From positions 32,001 to 96,000 of the IMG/VR virus record IMGVR_UViG_3300011113_000123: 64,000 nt of DNA; one strand, given 5' to 3'. Below are positions 36,332 through 45,466 of this stretch, piece after piece; positions within the stretch are counted from its first letter, which is position 1, and each line of letters begins with the position of its first letter. Origin of the DNA: a virus. The notes beneath the pieces were generated by a model. That model had not been told where the DNA came from. It saw nothing but the letters and a program-made list of their open reading frames with translations, and made no database searches. Made by a program: the position numbers and the translations under genes.

Positions 36332-37130
36332 AATCTTAGTGCATCAGGTAGATGCTATGTCTCACGACAGCCGCGTAGCTGTTCTACTATCAGGCGGAGT
36401 CGATAGTGTATCTATTGCGTTTGCTGCGCATCGGCTCGGAAAGAAGGTAGTCGCTTACACGTTTCATCTCGATGGTCAGCCATCATATGATTCGCAGAAA
36501 GCAGTCGAGATCGCAAAGATCATGGAATGGGATTATCGTGTCGTGGTAGTCCCAACCAATAACGTAGAGCAAGACTTCATTCGTTTGGCTAAAGAAGTTC
36601 ACTGCGAAAAGAAAACACACTTCGAGTGTTGCTTTCCGTTTCTATACGTGTACCCACAGATCAAGGAGTATGAAGTTCTAAGTGGATGGGCTGCTGACGG
36701 ATACTATGGTGTATCGAAAAAAGCGAACATTCACTACAAGCATACGAAGGAAAAGTTCGACGAGTTTCGTAAAGACTACTTTGGTGCTAACAATCGCGCT
36801 GGATATATGTGGCATAAACGAATCGCGGAGAAGTTGCATAGCAAACGATTCATTGCTCCGTATCTAGATCCAGACGTTGCTAAGTTCTTTATGAGCAAAG
36901 ATTGGTATGAACTGAATCAGCCATATCAAAAGCATCATGTAGTCGAAGCATTCACTGAGTTCAAGCAGATTGGTGGTGTGAAGAAACATATCAATCTGCA
37001 ACTAGGATCAGGAATAGATAAGCTATTCGAGAAAGAAGTATTGAGCAACACCAATCTTAATTTTTACAATCGCAAGCGAGTTATGGACGTATGTCGTGAC
37101 TGGGCAAACAAAGGAGCAGAGTTGTGGTAA
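36321..37130 (+). CDS. Stand-alone asparagine-synthetase-like ATP-dependent amide ligase
   Basis: PP-loop LLSGGVDS, VLSGWAADGYYG, APYLD; no glutaminase domain. Confidence 0.8.
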   Translation: MIREILVHQVDAMSHDSRVAVLLSGGVDSVSIAFAAHRLGKKVVAYTFHLDGQPSYDSQKAVEIAKIMEWDYRVVVVPTNNVEQDFIRLAKEVHCEKKTHFECCFPFLYVYPQIKEYEVLSGWAADGYYGVSKKANIHYKHTKEKFDEFRKDYFGANNRAGYMWHKRIAEKLHSKRFIAPYLDPDVAKFFMSKDWYELNQPYQKHHVVEAFTEFKQIGGVKKHINLQLGSGIDKLFEKEVLSNTNLNFYNRKRVMDVCRDWANKGAELW

Positions 37131-37414
37131 AAGTGCCGCAGGAGTATGCTGACTTCGACTTCGGTTTCACTGGAGTTGATGAGAGTGAAATCAAACAAGA
37201 TGTTCTGAGAGAGCTGACTGCTAAGGACGAAGCTCTGTCAGCAAAGGAACTGGAGCTGGCTGATAAGGTAAAGACGCTTGAAGCTATCATCGTCCCTCTG
37301 CTGAACAACCTAATCAAGACAGCGGATAAGGAATACATCTACTGGCCTAATCGTAAAGAAAAGTGTCAGGATATGTTGGAAAAGGTATTGAAGACCACTA
37401 GAGGGGTCAAATGA
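37124..37414 (+). CDS. Hypothetical protein
   Basis: DFDFGFT..., PLLNNL...YIYWPNR; AGGAG RBS. Confidence 0.65.
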   Translation: MVKVPQEYADFDFGFTGVDESEIKQDVLRELTAKDEALSAKELELADKVKTLEAIIVPLLNNLIKTADKEYIYWPNRKEKCQDMLEKVLKTTRGVK

Positions 37415-37632
37415 GCACCAATATGATTCAGCTGAATCCTCCTATCCCTGTTATGACACCACAGGGTAGGGCTATAGCCCATTTCATTATCGACTATGGT
37501 ATGGAAAACGACTTGATGTGGGTTTGCTTTCAGGATGACACAGGAGAGTGCTGGACCTGGGAAAACGCCTACATCCGCGCTCGTACGAATCAAACCATTG
37601 GGCGTAGAAAGATGAGCAAGATCGATGTTTGA
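37411..37632 (+). CDS. Hypothetical protein
   Basis: ATGA overlap; QLNPPIPV.TP.G...IDYG...W pattern. Confidence 0.65.
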   Translation: MSTNMIQLNPPIPVMTPQGRAIAHFIIDYGMENDLMWVCFQDDTGECWTWENAYIRARTNQTIGRRKMSKIDV

Positions 37633-37804
37633 AGTAACAGAAGACAACTATCTCAGTTTCTTGACGCTTCATGGTCAGGACCCAGAATGCGCGCAACGAG
37701 TAGTAGAAACATATGATGGATCTGCGGGATATCATGAACTCCTATCAGTCCGCATATGGGTAGAAGCGTCAAAGATGCTTCTAAAGAAGCATGCTAACGG
37801 CTAA
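37625..37804 (+). CDS. Hypothetical protein (59 aa, below the ORF track cut-off)
   Basis: Open frame ATG 37625 to TAA 37804 that fills the gap with overlaps on both sides. Confidence 0.45.
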   Translation: MFEVTEDNYLSFLTLHGQDPECAQRVVETYDGSAGYHELLSVRIWVEASKMLLKKHANG

Positions 37805-38612
37805 CGTAGATCGTTGGCTTATTATGACGACGGGGATTGCTCTCTCCGTCGTTTCTGCGTGGTACTCAGTCACAGGTCTTACTGCTATTTTCGCTGGTGC
37901 ATACTGGGCTATCATAATCCTAGGAGGCACACTAGAGTTCGGTAAGATCATTCTAGCTTCGTGGCTCTACAGGAACTGGAAGTATATTCCGTTCCTCATG
38001 AAAGCATACTTCACGAGCGCGCTTATCATACTCATGGTTATCACTAGCATGGGTATCTTTGGTTTCTTATCCAAAGCTCACCTAGATCAAGTTGCACCAT
38101 CTGGTGATATAGTGGCTAAGATAGAACGCATCGATGATAGCATCGCGCGCGAGCGCACGCGCATCACGCGAGCAGAGCAGCAACTAACTCAGCTCGACAA
38201 GGCTATCGACTCTATCATAGATAGAAACAATCGTGCGCAAACTGCTCTACAGATACGCCAGCAGCAGAAGAAAGAACGTGATACGTTAGCTGCTGATATC
38301 AAAGATGCGCAGAAAGCCATTGACGTTCTGCTCGATGAAAAAGCTCCGCTCATGAAGAGCACTAGGGCTATCAAGTTAGAAGTTGGTCCTATTCGTTATG
38401 TGGCTGAGTTGATCTACGGAGAAAGCAATGAACGTGATCTAGAATCAGCCATACGCATTATGATACTTCTGCTCGTATTCGTTATTGATCCCCTGGCTGT
38501 GTTGTTGATTATTGCAGCCAGTAAAGAGGTACGTAAAGAAGTAGAGAGTATAGATGCTGTTGCCACCAACGGAGACCTATGGGAACCGATGATCCTGGAA
38601 AAGAAGTCTTGA
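37791..38612 (+). CDS. Membrane protein with coiled coil
   Basis: Three N-terminal TM segments, GIFGFLSKAH, coiled coil, VGPIRYVAE, C-terminal TM. Confidence 0.75.
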   Translation: MLTANVDRWLIMTTGIALSVVSAWYSVTGLTAIFAGAYWAIIILGGTLEFGKIILASWLYRNWKYIPFLMKAYFTSALIILMVITSMGIFGFLSKAHLDQVAPSGDIVAKIERIDDSIARERTRITRAEQQLTQLDKAIDSIIDRNNRAQTALQIRQQQKKERDTLAADIKDAQKAIDVLLDEKAPLMKSTRAIKLEVGPIRYVAELIYGESNERDLESAIRIMILLLVFVIDPLAVLLIIAASKEVRKEVESIDAVATNGDLWEPMILEKKS

Positions 38613-38637
38613 CAATCGAACACTTACAGAGTAATAT
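38609..38637 (+). promoter_or_regulatory. sigma70-type promoter for uvsX
   Basis: TTGACA-N17-TAATAT. Confidence 0.65.
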
Positions 38638-38654
38638 GATAGTGGAGGTGAAAT

Positions 38655-39707
38655 ATGTCGCTTAAAGAAAAGTTGATTAAGAATAGCACGATTGAGTTTA
38701 CGGCTACTCTCGACAAGAGTAAGATCTTTACGAAAAAGGATATGGTCCAAACGACAGTGCCGATGATTAATGTCGCGCTATCTGGTTCAGTGGACGGTGG
38801 TATTACGCCAGGCATTACAATGCTTGCTGGTCCTTCAAAGCATTTCAAAACTGGCTTCGCGCTACTAATGGCTTCTGCCTTTCTGAAGAAGTATTCAGAT
38901 GGTGTGATCTTGTTCTATGACTCTGAGTTTGGTACGCCGCAAGCATACTTCAACACGTTTGGTATTCCATTTGATTCAGTTGTTCATACGCCAATCATGG
39001 ATGTGGAGCAGCTGAAGTTTGATATTATGAAGCAGCTAACTGCGCTTGAGCGCGGCGAGCATGTTATGATCGTCATTGATTCTATTGGTAACCTCGCTTC
39101 CAAGAAGGAAGTTGAAGATGCGCTAAATGAGAAGTCAGTTGCTGATATGTCTCGTGCGAAGCAGCTCAAGTCGCTGTTCCGTATGATCACTCCATATCTG
39201 ACACTGAAAGATATTCCTATGGTTGTGGTCAATCACACCTACAAGGAAATTGGTTTGTATCCGAAGGATATCGTCGGAGGTGGAACTGGTTCATATTACG
39301 GGTCAGATAACATCTGGATCCTTGGTCGTCAACAAGACAAGGATGGTACCGAGATCCAAGGCTATCACTTTGTCATCAACGTGGAGAAGTCACGCTATGT
39401 CAAAGAAAAGTCAAAGATCCCAATCACTATCTCATATGACGGAGGGATTAATCGTTGGTCTGGTCTTCTCGATGTCGCTCTTGATGGCGGCTACGTATCT
39501 AAGCCAAAGGTTGGATGGTACGCGCGAGTGGATCGCACAACAGGAGAAATCGTGCCTCCTAACATGCGAGCCTCAGATCTAGTTGATAACGGCGAGTTCT
39601 GGAAGACTATGTTCAAGGAAACGGACTTCGCTAAGTACATCAAGGAAAAGTATTCTATCGCGCACGGCGCAATCTTGTCGGAGGAAAACGAAGATGCTTC
39701 TGAGTGA
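38655..39707 (+). CDS. uvsX: RecA-like recombinase
   Basis: AGPSKHFKT, FYDSEFG, IDSIGNLASKKE, GGTG. Confidence 0.96.
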   Translation: MSLKEKLIKNSTIEFTATLDKSKIFTKKDMVQTTVPMINVALSGSVDGGITPGITMLAGPSKHFKTGFALLMASAFLKKYSDGVILFYDSEFGTPQAYFNTFGIPFDSVVHTPIMDVEQLKFDIMKQLTALERGEHVMIVIDSIGNLASKKEVEDALNEKSVADMSRAKQLKSLFRMITPYLTLKDIPMVVVNHTYKEIGLYPKDIVGGGTGSYYGSDNIWILGRQQDKDGTEIQGYHFVINVEKSRYVKEKSKIPITISYDGGINRWSGLLDVALDGGYVSKPKVGWYARVDRTTGEIVPPNMRASDLVDNGEFWKTMFKETDFAKYIKEKYSIAHGAILSEENEDASE

Positions 39708-39900
39708 ATATTGGAGCGACGACAGAACGAAGAGAGCCGAAGTCCATAAGGACTCCGGCGACTTCTATGTTAAGTTCTACGAGGACGAAGAGCTGATTCT
39801 AACTGAGTCATATGTAGATAAGAGTCAAAGCTGGGCTGAAGCGGCTGCTGAAAACTATACGATGGGAATTAAGGTGGTGCAGAATGGCAAGCGTCGTTGA
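39694..39900 (+). CDS. Hypothetical protein
   Basis: GGAGG RBS before ATG 39694; WAEAAAENY. Confidence 0.6.
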   Translation: MLLSEYWSDDRTKRAEVHKDSGDFYVKFYEDEELILTESYVDKSQSWAEAAAENYTMGIKVVQNGKRR

Positions 39901-40228
39901 CAATCCAGTCGCAGTGAAGTATAATCATATCACTCGCGAAGATGTACCAAAGTTCGTCTGCATCAAGATAGAGGAAGGCGAGTTTGAGGGTATCATCTAT
40001 CATTATGAAAACGTCAATGTCGGTGAAGAAACAGAAGATGGTGGTGCGCTGTTAAACTTTAACTATCACGTCGTCGAATCGTTTTTGGCTGAAGAAATGT
40101 TAACTGACAGCCTAAAGAAACGTTTCGAAGATACAGTCGCTGGTATTCTTTTCGACATTTTGGTTCAGCAAGTAGGAAGGATTGGGAATGAAGATCGAAC
40201 TGACGATTCTGAAGAATCTGGTTCATAA
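39884..40228 (+). CDS. Hypothetical protein in the gp40 (head vertex assembly chaperone) position
   Basis: Lies between uvsX and gp41; acidic, about 114 aa. Confidence 0.5.
   Translation: MASVVDNPVAVKYNHITREDVPKFVCIKIEEGEFEGIIYHYENVNVGEETEDGGALLNFNYHVVESFLAEEMLTDSLKKRFEDTVAGILFDILVQQVGRIGNEDRTDDSEESGS
39897..39925 (+). promoter_or_regulatory. Perfect sigma70 promoter upstream of gp41
   Basis: TTGACA-N17-TATAAT. Confidence 0.75.
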
Positions 40229-41609
40229 CGAAGACTTCGCCCGCAAGACTCTACCATTCGTAAAAGAAAACTATTTCAGTGATTCGTCTGAGCGCTTGGT
40301 GTTCAGGCGAATCCATGACTTCATGACCAAGTATAATTCACGCCCGACGCGCGAAGCTATTGGTATTGAAATTGAGTCTAGCACGAACTTATCTGAAGAA
40401 GAGCACAAGCGTTCGCTGGAACTGGTTCGATCACTCGTCGAACCAGAGCCCGTCACGATGGATTGGCTTCTAGAATCTACGGAGGCGTTCTGTCAAGAGC
40501 GTGCAGTGTATAACGCTATCATGGATAGTATCTCTATCCTTGATGGCAAAGACAAGAACCGCACCAAGAACGCTATCCCTGAGATTCTATCAGAAGCTCT
40601 TGGCGTTTCATTCGACAGTCATATCGGTCACGACTTCATCGACGACTTTGAAGAGCGATATGACTATTATCATCGCGTAGAAGAAAAGCTCCCGTTTGAT
40701 ATTGAGTTGATGAACAAGGTTACTCGCGGAGGCTTGTCGCGTAAGTCTCTCAATATCATCCTTGCAGGCACGGGTGTTGGTAAAACTCTTGCGATGTGTC
40801 ACTTCGCAGCAGCTAATCTTGCGATGGGCAAGAACGTTCTCTATATCACTATGGAAATGGCCGAAGAGAAGATCGCCGAGCGTATCGATGCTAATCTGTT
40901 GAACATTGCTACAGAAGACATCAAGCAGCTTCCGAAGGAAATGTACGAAAACAAAATCAAGCGACTTCGAGCAAAGACTACGGGGAAGCTCATCATTAAG
41001 GAGTATCCCACTGCGTCGGCTCATGCTGGTCATTTCCGTCATGTTCTTAACGAGCTTAACCTCAAGCGCAATTTTGTTCCTGATATTATTTACGTTGACT
41101 ATCTTAACATTTGTTGTTCGTCGAGAATCAAGCCAGGAGTAAACGTTAACAGCTACACATACGTCAAGTCTATAGCCGAAGAACTGCGTGGGCTTGCAGT
41201 CGAGCGCAATTTACCTATCGTGTCAGCTACTCAGACAACTCGTTCTGGATATACCAGCAGCGATCCTGGGCTGGAAGATACTTCCGAGTCGTTCGGTCTG
41301 CCTGCTACAGCTGACTTCATGATCGCGCTCGTGCGTGACGAAGAAATGGATGAGCGTGGCCAGCTCATGGTAAAGCAGCTGAAAAATCGTTATAGCGATC
41401 CAGCGGAATACAAGCGATTCTTCGTTGGCGTCGATCGTATCAAGATGCGCCTGTTCGATCTCGAAGACTCAGCCCAAGAAGACATCATCGACGATAGTCG
41501 CGGTGGCAAAACCAAACGCTCTGAATCAGTCATGGACAACACCAAGTTCGGAATGGAAGATCGTGAACGCAACAAACCCAAATCCAAGTTCAGCGGCCTC
41601 AAGTTCTGA
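40188..41609 (+). CDS. gp41: Replicative DnaB-like helicase
   Basis: AGTGVGKT, YITMEMAEE, VDYLNI, SATQTTR, SESFGLPATAD, KQLKNRY. Confidence 0.96.
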   Translation: MKIELTILKNLVHNEDFARKTLPFVKENYFSDSSERLVFRRIHDFMTKYNSRPTREAIGIEIESSTNLSEEEHKRSLELVRSLVEPEPVTMDWLLESTEAFCQERAVYNAIMDSISILDGKDKNRTKNAIPEILSEALGVSFDSHIGHDFIDDFEERYDYYHRVEEKLPFDIELMNKVTRGGLSRKSLNIILAGTGVGKTLAMCHFAAANLAMGKNVLYITMEMAEEKIAERIDANLLNIATEDIKQLPKEMYENKIKRLRAKTTGKLIIKEYPTASAHAGHFRHVLNELNLKRNFVPDIIYVDYLNICCSSRIKPGVNVNSYTYVKSIAEELRGLAVERNLPIVSATQTTRSGYTSSDPGLEDTSESFGLPATADFMIALVRDEEMDERGQLMVKQLKNRYSDPAEYKRFFVGVDRIKMRLFDLEDSAQEDIIDDSRGGKTKRSESVMDNTKFGMEDRERNKPKSKFSGLKF

Positions 41610-41629
41610 GGGGCTAAATAATATCGTTC

Positions 41630-41658
41630 TTGACAACGACGATAATCTACGCTATGCT
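41630..41658 (+). promoter_or_regulatory. sigma70-type promoter
   Basis: TTGACA-N17-TATGCT. Confidence 0.7.
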
Positions 41659-41682
41659 AGTCCAATAGTAAGAGGAGGTGTC

Positions 41683-42222
41683 ATGACCTCAAGATTGGAG
41701 TACGCCAAAAATAAAGCCAAGATCAGTATAACAGGCGGATCGCCTTTTAAGCGTAAGATGCTCAAACGAGCAGCCAGATGGATGCTAGGATATACTCTCG
41801 GCACCCGTTTAGCCAACAACATAACGCTGAAGATTCGTATCGATGACTCTTTGGTAAACACTAGGTTCTATGGTTCTGTCATCTGGGAAGACGATAATCA
41901 TCGACCAAGAAGTTACGACATGGAGTTATGCAACTATCTAACTGATAGAACATTGTTCAAGGTTCTTGCTCACGAGATAGTTCACATCAGACAGTATGCA
42001 ACCGGCGACCTTAAAGATCTAGCAACTCAAGCCAACTATTGTAAATGGAAAAACAAGCTCGTACAGGCTGAAGGCAAAGGTAGAATATCGTATTTCAAAC
42101 TGCCGTGGGAAATAGAAGCGAGACGTGATCAAGAGATCATCCTTAGAGAATGGAAAGAAACACACGGCTATCATTTCAGACAAAAGACTGGGGAGTTGTA
42201 TAGTGAGCGTGATAATCTATAG
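41683..42222 (+). CDS. HExxH zinc metallopeptidase-like protein
   Basis: LAHEIVHIRQY and LPWEIEA; GAGGAGG RBS before ATG 41683. Confidence 0.75.
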   Translation: MTSRLEYAKNKAKISITGGSPFKRKMLKRAARWMLGYTLGTRLANNITLKIRIDDSLVNTRFYGSVIWEDDNHRPRSYDMELCNYLTDRTLFKVLAHEIVHIRQYATGDLKDLATQANYCKWKNKLVQAEGKGRISYFKLPWEIEARRDQEIILREWKETHGYHFRQKTGELYSERDNL

Positions 42223-42430
42223 CAGGGATGATTGCCCTTGGTGTGTTCGAGCTAAAGATATGTTGTATTCTATAGGAAAAGAATACGAAGAGATTAAGAT
42301 TGGTCGTGATCTCACGCGCGAGGAGTTCAAGGAACAGTTTCCAGAAGTTAAAACAGTACCATATATAATCATTGATGGAACCGCTATCGGTGGTTATGAA
42401 AATCTGTTATCACATTATAAGCTCTCATAG
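42203..42430 (+). CDS. Glutaredoxin
   Basis: IYSRDDCPWC, TVPYI, IGGY; GTG start. Confidence 0.88.
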   Translation: MSVIIYSRDDCPWCVRAKDMLYSIGKEYEEIKIGRDLTREEFKEQFPEVKTVPYIIIDGTAIGGYENLLSHYKLS

Positions 42431-42497
42431 CTCAATTGGTTAGAGCCCGCCGCTCATAACGGTGTAGTTCCAGGTTCGAGTCCTGGTGGGAGCTCCA
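42421..42497 (+). tRNA. tRNA with CAU anticodon (Ile2-like or Met), encoded CCA
   Basis: Cloverleaf: GCTCTCA/TGGGAGC, D-arm GCTC/GAGC, CGCCG-CTCATAA-CGGTG, CCAGG-TTCGAGT-CCTGG, T73, CCA. Confidence 0.9.
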
Positions 42498-42513
42498 TTT
42501 AGTCTGAGGAATC

Positions 42514-42957
42514 ATGAAACTTCTTGTGCCGTTGAACTCTGAACTGATGCATCTACTCAATGATGATTCAGTTCGTCCTGAACTTAGTTATGCGTTTAGA
42601 ACATCAAATGGTCGAGAATGTTTCGTCCTAACGGAAGACGATCCTCGGGCTGTTATCTGTGTAGCATATACACATCAGGTTCCTACGACTGTAGAAGAGC
42701 TTGATGCGTATAGCTTCAATGATACCAACGATCCAAACGGTATAGCAGTTTTCTATACTGTTTGGTCGTACGGTAAAGGCGCTGGGCGCGATATTGTGTT
42801 CAGCGTAGTAGACCACATCAAGCACTTCAAGCCATGGGTCGGGCGATTCGTAACTCTCAGCCCCAAAACCGAGATGGCTAAAAAGTTTCATTTAAGCAAC
42901 GGTGCTTTCACACTCAGTGACAATATTGAGTCCGTGAACTACGAGTATCGCGTTTAA
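42514..42957 (+). CDS. Hypothetical protein, possible GNAT fold
   Basis: FYTVWSYGKGAGR and AKKFHLSNG resemble GNAT motifs A and B. Confidence 0.55.
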   Translation: MKLLVPLNSELMHLLNDDSVRPELSYAFRTSNGRECFVLTEDDPRAVICVAYTHQVPTTVEELDAYSFNDTNDPNGIAVFYTVWSYGKGAGRDIVFSVVDHIKHFKPWVGRFVTLSPKTEMAKKFHLSNGAFTLSDNIESVNYEYRV

Positions 42958-42980
42958 TCAGCCTGAGAAATAAATAAGAA

Positions 42981-43340
42981 ATGCGCAACATATTTACAGT
43001 CATTGCGCTGTCTGCTTTTGTTGGCGGATGTGCAACAACAGAAGCAGTCTCGAGTTCATATTATGTTAATGCGACTTGGTATGCTTGCTGCAATCGTACA
43101 GCAAATGGTGAGAAATTCAACCCAAACGGGATGACGGTCGCTCACAGAAGGTATCCTTTCGGAACCATGCTGAGAGTTACTAACCCAGACAACGGCAGGT
43201 CCATAGTTGTCCGAGTTAATGATCGTGGTCCATTTACGAAAGGCGTGGATCTAGACATATCGAGAGGAGGTGCCCAGCAATTGGGGATAATCAATAAAGG
43301 TCGAGCGAAAGTTCGAGTAGAACACTTAACGTCTAGATAA
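42981..43340 (+). CDS. RlpA-like (DPBB) lytic transglycosylase lipoprotein
   Basis: Lipobox-like VGGC; TANGE.F, AHR..PFGT, VRVNDRGPF, LDIS. Confidence 0.88.
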   Translation: MRNIFTVIALSAFVGGCATTEAVSSSYYVNATWYACCNRTANGEKFNPNGMTVAHRRYPFGTMLRVTNPDNGRSIVVRVNDRGPFTKGVDLDISRGGAQQLGIINKGRAKVRVEHLTSR

Positions 43341-43391
43341 GATACGTCATTATATCTTCCTTTCGTAGCGTAAGCCAAAATAGGAGATAAA

Positions 43392-44039
43392 ATGAGGCTA
43401 CTAAAAACATTAACAGTAATCTCTGCTGTTGTTCTAGCATCGACTGCATACGCAGCGCCTGGAAACCGAAACAGAGTTACACCAACACAAAATACAACCA
43501 CTACATACATTAACAGCGACGACGAATCTCATGCTTCTTACTGGACTAGAGAAAACAACATCACTAGAGTCACATTACAAGAGCATGTAGAAACTAGAAA
43601 TAGAGTAAAGAAAGTTGCACAAAGACCTGTGCAGCGAAAGTCAAATCCGGTGGTTGTAGCGAAGCAGTTTGAAGGTTTGGATGCCCGTAGGCATAGAGCC
43701 GCGCTTCGTAATCTAATGGATGTAGATCCTTTAAAAGTACCTTGGTGTGCAGGGTTTGTGAACGCAGTTCTTTATCGATCAGGAGTACAAGGAACTTCGT
43801 CACTGCAAGCTAGAAGTTTCCTGCACTGGGGTATGTCTACCAGGAATCCGCAGAAAGGTGATATTGTAGTTTTTACACGAGGAAAAGGTAACACTACTGG
43901 TCACGTTGGATTCTATATGGGACAAGAAGTTGTAGATGGCGTAAAGTATATCCTCGTTCTAGGTGGGAACCAGAACAAGGCTGTCAATGTCGCTTATTAT
44001 CCAGCAAACAGATTGCTTGGATTCCGCACATTTGGCTGA
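43392..44039 (+). CDS. Secreted NlpC/P60-CHAP-type peptidoglycan hydrolase (TIGR02594-like)
   Basis: Signal peptide; PWCAGFV, ARSFL.WG, GDIVVF.RG, GHVGF, LGGNQ. Confidence 0.85.
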   Translation: MRLLKTLTVISAVVLASTAYAAPGNRNRVTPTQNTTTTYINSDDESHASYWTRENNITRVTLQEHVETRNRVKKVAQRPVQRKSNPVVVAKQFEGLDARRHRAALRNLMDVDPLKVPWCAGFVNAVLYRSGVQGTSSLQARSFLHWGMSTRNPQKGDIVVFTRGKGNTTGHVGFYMGQEVVDGVKYILVLGGNQNKAVNVAYYPANRLLGFRTFG

Positions 44040-44071
44040 TGATTAAGGAGGTGTGTTTTTTGTCATCAGTC

Positions 44072-44102
44072 GGGGAGGCGTGTGGTGCGCCTCCCCTTTT
44101 TT
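44072..44102 (+). terminator. Rho-independent terminator
   Basis: GGGGAGGCG / CGCCTCCCC followed by six T. Confidence 0.9.
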
Positions 44103-44107
44103 GCGTT

Positions 44108-44115
44108 TATAAATA
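44108..44115 (+). promoter_or_regulatory. Late promoter TATAAATA
   Basis: Exact consensus right after the terminator. Confidence 0.8.
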
Positions 44116-44153
44116 ACGTATAGCATCAACAGCTAATCAACGAAGGAACGGAC

Positions 44154-44471
44154 ATGAAGTCGTTTAGACAGTACTGCAACGAAGAGTTTTCTTATGTCGA
44201 AGAATCCTCAGAAGGTACAACTTTGAAGGATTACCCGCATCTCCATAAGCATGTTGCGGAAAAACAAAAGAAACAGAAACTTCCAGCCCATTTCATGCAT
44301 AATGTTGGCGATACTCCGGTACATCCTAAGTCTGCAGCTGCTCACAAAAAAGCAGACAGTGCTTTGTCTAGCGGGCATCCTACAGCAAAACGTCGCGCTG
44401 ACGACGTGTATCGCGGCACCTATGATTACGAGGGTTCAGCTGAACGTCGCGTCGCAAACGCAAAGAAGTGA
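44154..44471 (+). CDS. Putative internal head protein
   Basis: MKSFRQYCNEE capsid-targeting-like N-terminus; late promoter; K/H-rich. Confidence 0.6.
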   Translation: MKSFRQYCNEEFSYVEESSEGTTLKDYPHLHKHVAEKQKKQKLPAHFMHNVGDTPVHPKSAAAHKKADSALSSGHPTAKRRADDVYRGTYDYEGSAERRVANAKK

Positions 44472-44497
44472 CGATTAATAGTCAAGGACAATAGATA

Positions 44498-45466
44498 ATG
44501 GCTAAAACGATTTCAATCGCTGTGGCAGCACGAATCAATGAAATTTCTGTTTTCAGATATGGTAGTCCTGCTAAGTATAGTTCTAGTGGCGGATTAGCCG
44601 CTAGAAGACAGCTGGAATCTGACATAGAGCCGTTTACTTCGAAAGAAGATATCAGCGAAATCGCAGATCAAGATGGTCGCGCGAAGCTGATGGTCGAGGA
44701 GTTTATCAAATGGGCTAAAAGCAACGGATACTCTGGATCCGTTGCTGATTGTTGGTGGACGGCAAAGCCAGGTGATTTGACTAGAGTAACAGGTAAAACG
44801 GTAGATTCGTCTAAGAATCCGACAGACGTGCTTTTCAAGTTCACTTCTGGTCCAGCTGGATCTGAAGGGTTTCTTGGTTTGTCTGCAAAGTCTACGGGCA
44901 AAGCTAAAGAAATTGGATTTAAGAATCCGGGTGTAGGAACGCTTGAAAATCTACTAGGTATCGAGCTATCACCTATTCTTAATGACTACGTCGCTAGAAT
45001 AGTTAAATTGCATAAGTTTTCTACGACAAGCTCGAAACGAAAAACTGAAATTAGAAGTTCTTCGAAGAAAGTTCAAGACTCTGTGGATGCAATGGGTTCT
45101 TTGGCTATGAAAGATCTAAGAGACGCTCTACTAAAAAAATATAAGGGTATCAAAGATCAGAATTTCATAAAGAACCATATACTAGATGACTGGATGAATT
45201 TTAAAACTGACGATAAGCAAAAGATCTTTCCTCCATACATAAAAGTGACTGGACAAGGAACAAAAGGTAGGTATACAGTATCTATCGTAGATCCTAATTC
45301 AAATTCTAAAATTGATTACATCAAATCTAATAAGATAACTTTTGAAGCAGTTGGTAACGAATCTATTGGTGTTAAAGCTGGAACACATCAGATTATGAAA
45401 ATTCGTTTTAAGTTTGAATCTCAAAAACTGGCTTCCTCTATGAAGTTATCTGGAGAACCTTGGTGA
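44498..45466 (+). CDS. Hypothetical protein, possible PD-(D/E)xK nuclease
   Basis: NPTDVLF...GLSAK pattern; lysine-rich and AT-rich. Confidence 0.5.
   Translation: MAKTISIAVAARINEISVFRYGSPAKYSSSGGLAARRQLESDIEPFTSKEDISEIADQDGRAKLMVEEFIKWAKSNGYSGSVADCWWTAKPGDLTRVTGKTVDSSKNPTDVLFKFTSGPAGSEGFLGLSAKSTGKAKEIGFKNPGVGTLENLLGIELSPILNDYVARIVKLHKFSTTSSKRKTEIRSSSKKVQDSVDAMGSLAMKDLRDALLKKYKGIKDQNFIKNHILDDWMNFKTDDKQKIFPPYIKVTGQGTKGRYTVSIVDPNSNSKIDYIKSNKITFEAVGNESIGVKAGTHQIMKIRFKFESQKLASSMKLSGEPW

Noticed and set aside
44036-44070. CTGATGA as a hammerhead ribozyme core
   Set aside because: It simply pairs with the downstream TCATCAG and there is no properly placed GAAA
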